This document shows, one piece after another, positions 63,758 through 64,000 of a stretch of DNA of 64,000 nt; positions within the stretch are counted from its first letter, which is position 1; every line of letters starts with the position of its first letter. The notes beneath the pieces were generated by a model. The model ran no database searches, was not told the DNA's origin, and saw only the letters and a list, made by a program, of their open reading frames with translations. Where the stretch lies: contig CAVOUE010000012.1 in NCBI GenBank assembly GCA_963699545.1, positions 64,001 to 128,000 of the forward strand. The letters are read 5' to 3'. A program made the position numbers and the translations under genes. This DNA comes from Nitrospirota bacterium (GTDB lineage Bacteria; Nitrospirota; Thermodesulfovibrionia; Thermodesulfovibrionales; UBA9159).

Positions 63758-64000
63758 TTATGTGCGCTTTCGGGTTTCTTTTCTCGGTCCCCACGCCTGC
63801 ATCTTTATCTTTCCCTCCCGAGCGAGTTTGCCAAGGATAAAGAGGACGCTCTCACGATTCAGCTTAAAGTATGAAGCTACCTCGTCAGGGTCCACTTTTT
63901 CTCTGTCGGTGAGAAATACGACTATCTCATTCTCGATCTCTCTCATCCAGTCATTAAAGAGTCCCCGCAGCTCCGGGGTCGAGTACGTGGCCAGCTCATA
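63758..64000 (-). CDS. Hypothetical protein with winged-helix-like C-terminus (5' end off window)
   Basis: YELATYSTPELRGLFNDWMREIENE...VLFILGKLAREGKI, open to the window edge. Confidence 0.7.
   Translation of the reverse strand, partial: YELATYSTPELRGLFNDWMREIENEIVVFLTDREKVDPDEVASYFKLNRESVLFILGKLAREGKIKMQAWGPRKETRKRT

Overview
Bacterial chromosomal window. Gene content and order suggest an anaerobic Nitrospirota (Thermodesulfovibrionia-like) or deltaproteobacterial lineage (inference only). It is mostly core genes (dus, ligA, hemC-hemA-ccsA, topA-dprA-argG, feoB, relA/spoT, pdhABC plus ADP-forming acetyl-CoA synthetase subunits, mtgA, argB, tadA, iscR-tusA-iscS-iscU, rimI-tsaB, dtd, a cysE-cysS in-frame fusion) with three tRNAs (Ser-CGA, Arg-ACG, Ser-GCT) and several small accessory islets. 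About a dozen genes are split by small indels, most likely assembly error. The main finding, missed or fragmented by the ORF track, is at 61364-63716 (minus strand): five consecutive genes with seven in-frame TGA codons followed by SECIS-like hairpins, i.e. a probable selenoprotein operon. It encodes a MerT-like transporter, a DUF5714-like Cys-rich protein with UxU, a DUF2284-like protein, a two-Sec UXX-star glutaredoxin-like protein and an AhpD-like CxxU protein. Other highlights: a GEMM-I riboswitch with the A20 signature of cGAMP sensing controlling an unknown gene, a 133-bp MITE with a 4-bp target duplication, a tRNA-Arg att-type islet with a lone AAA ATPase, an unannotated RHH/small-protein pair between 70-bp direct repeats, and several probable leaderless genes.
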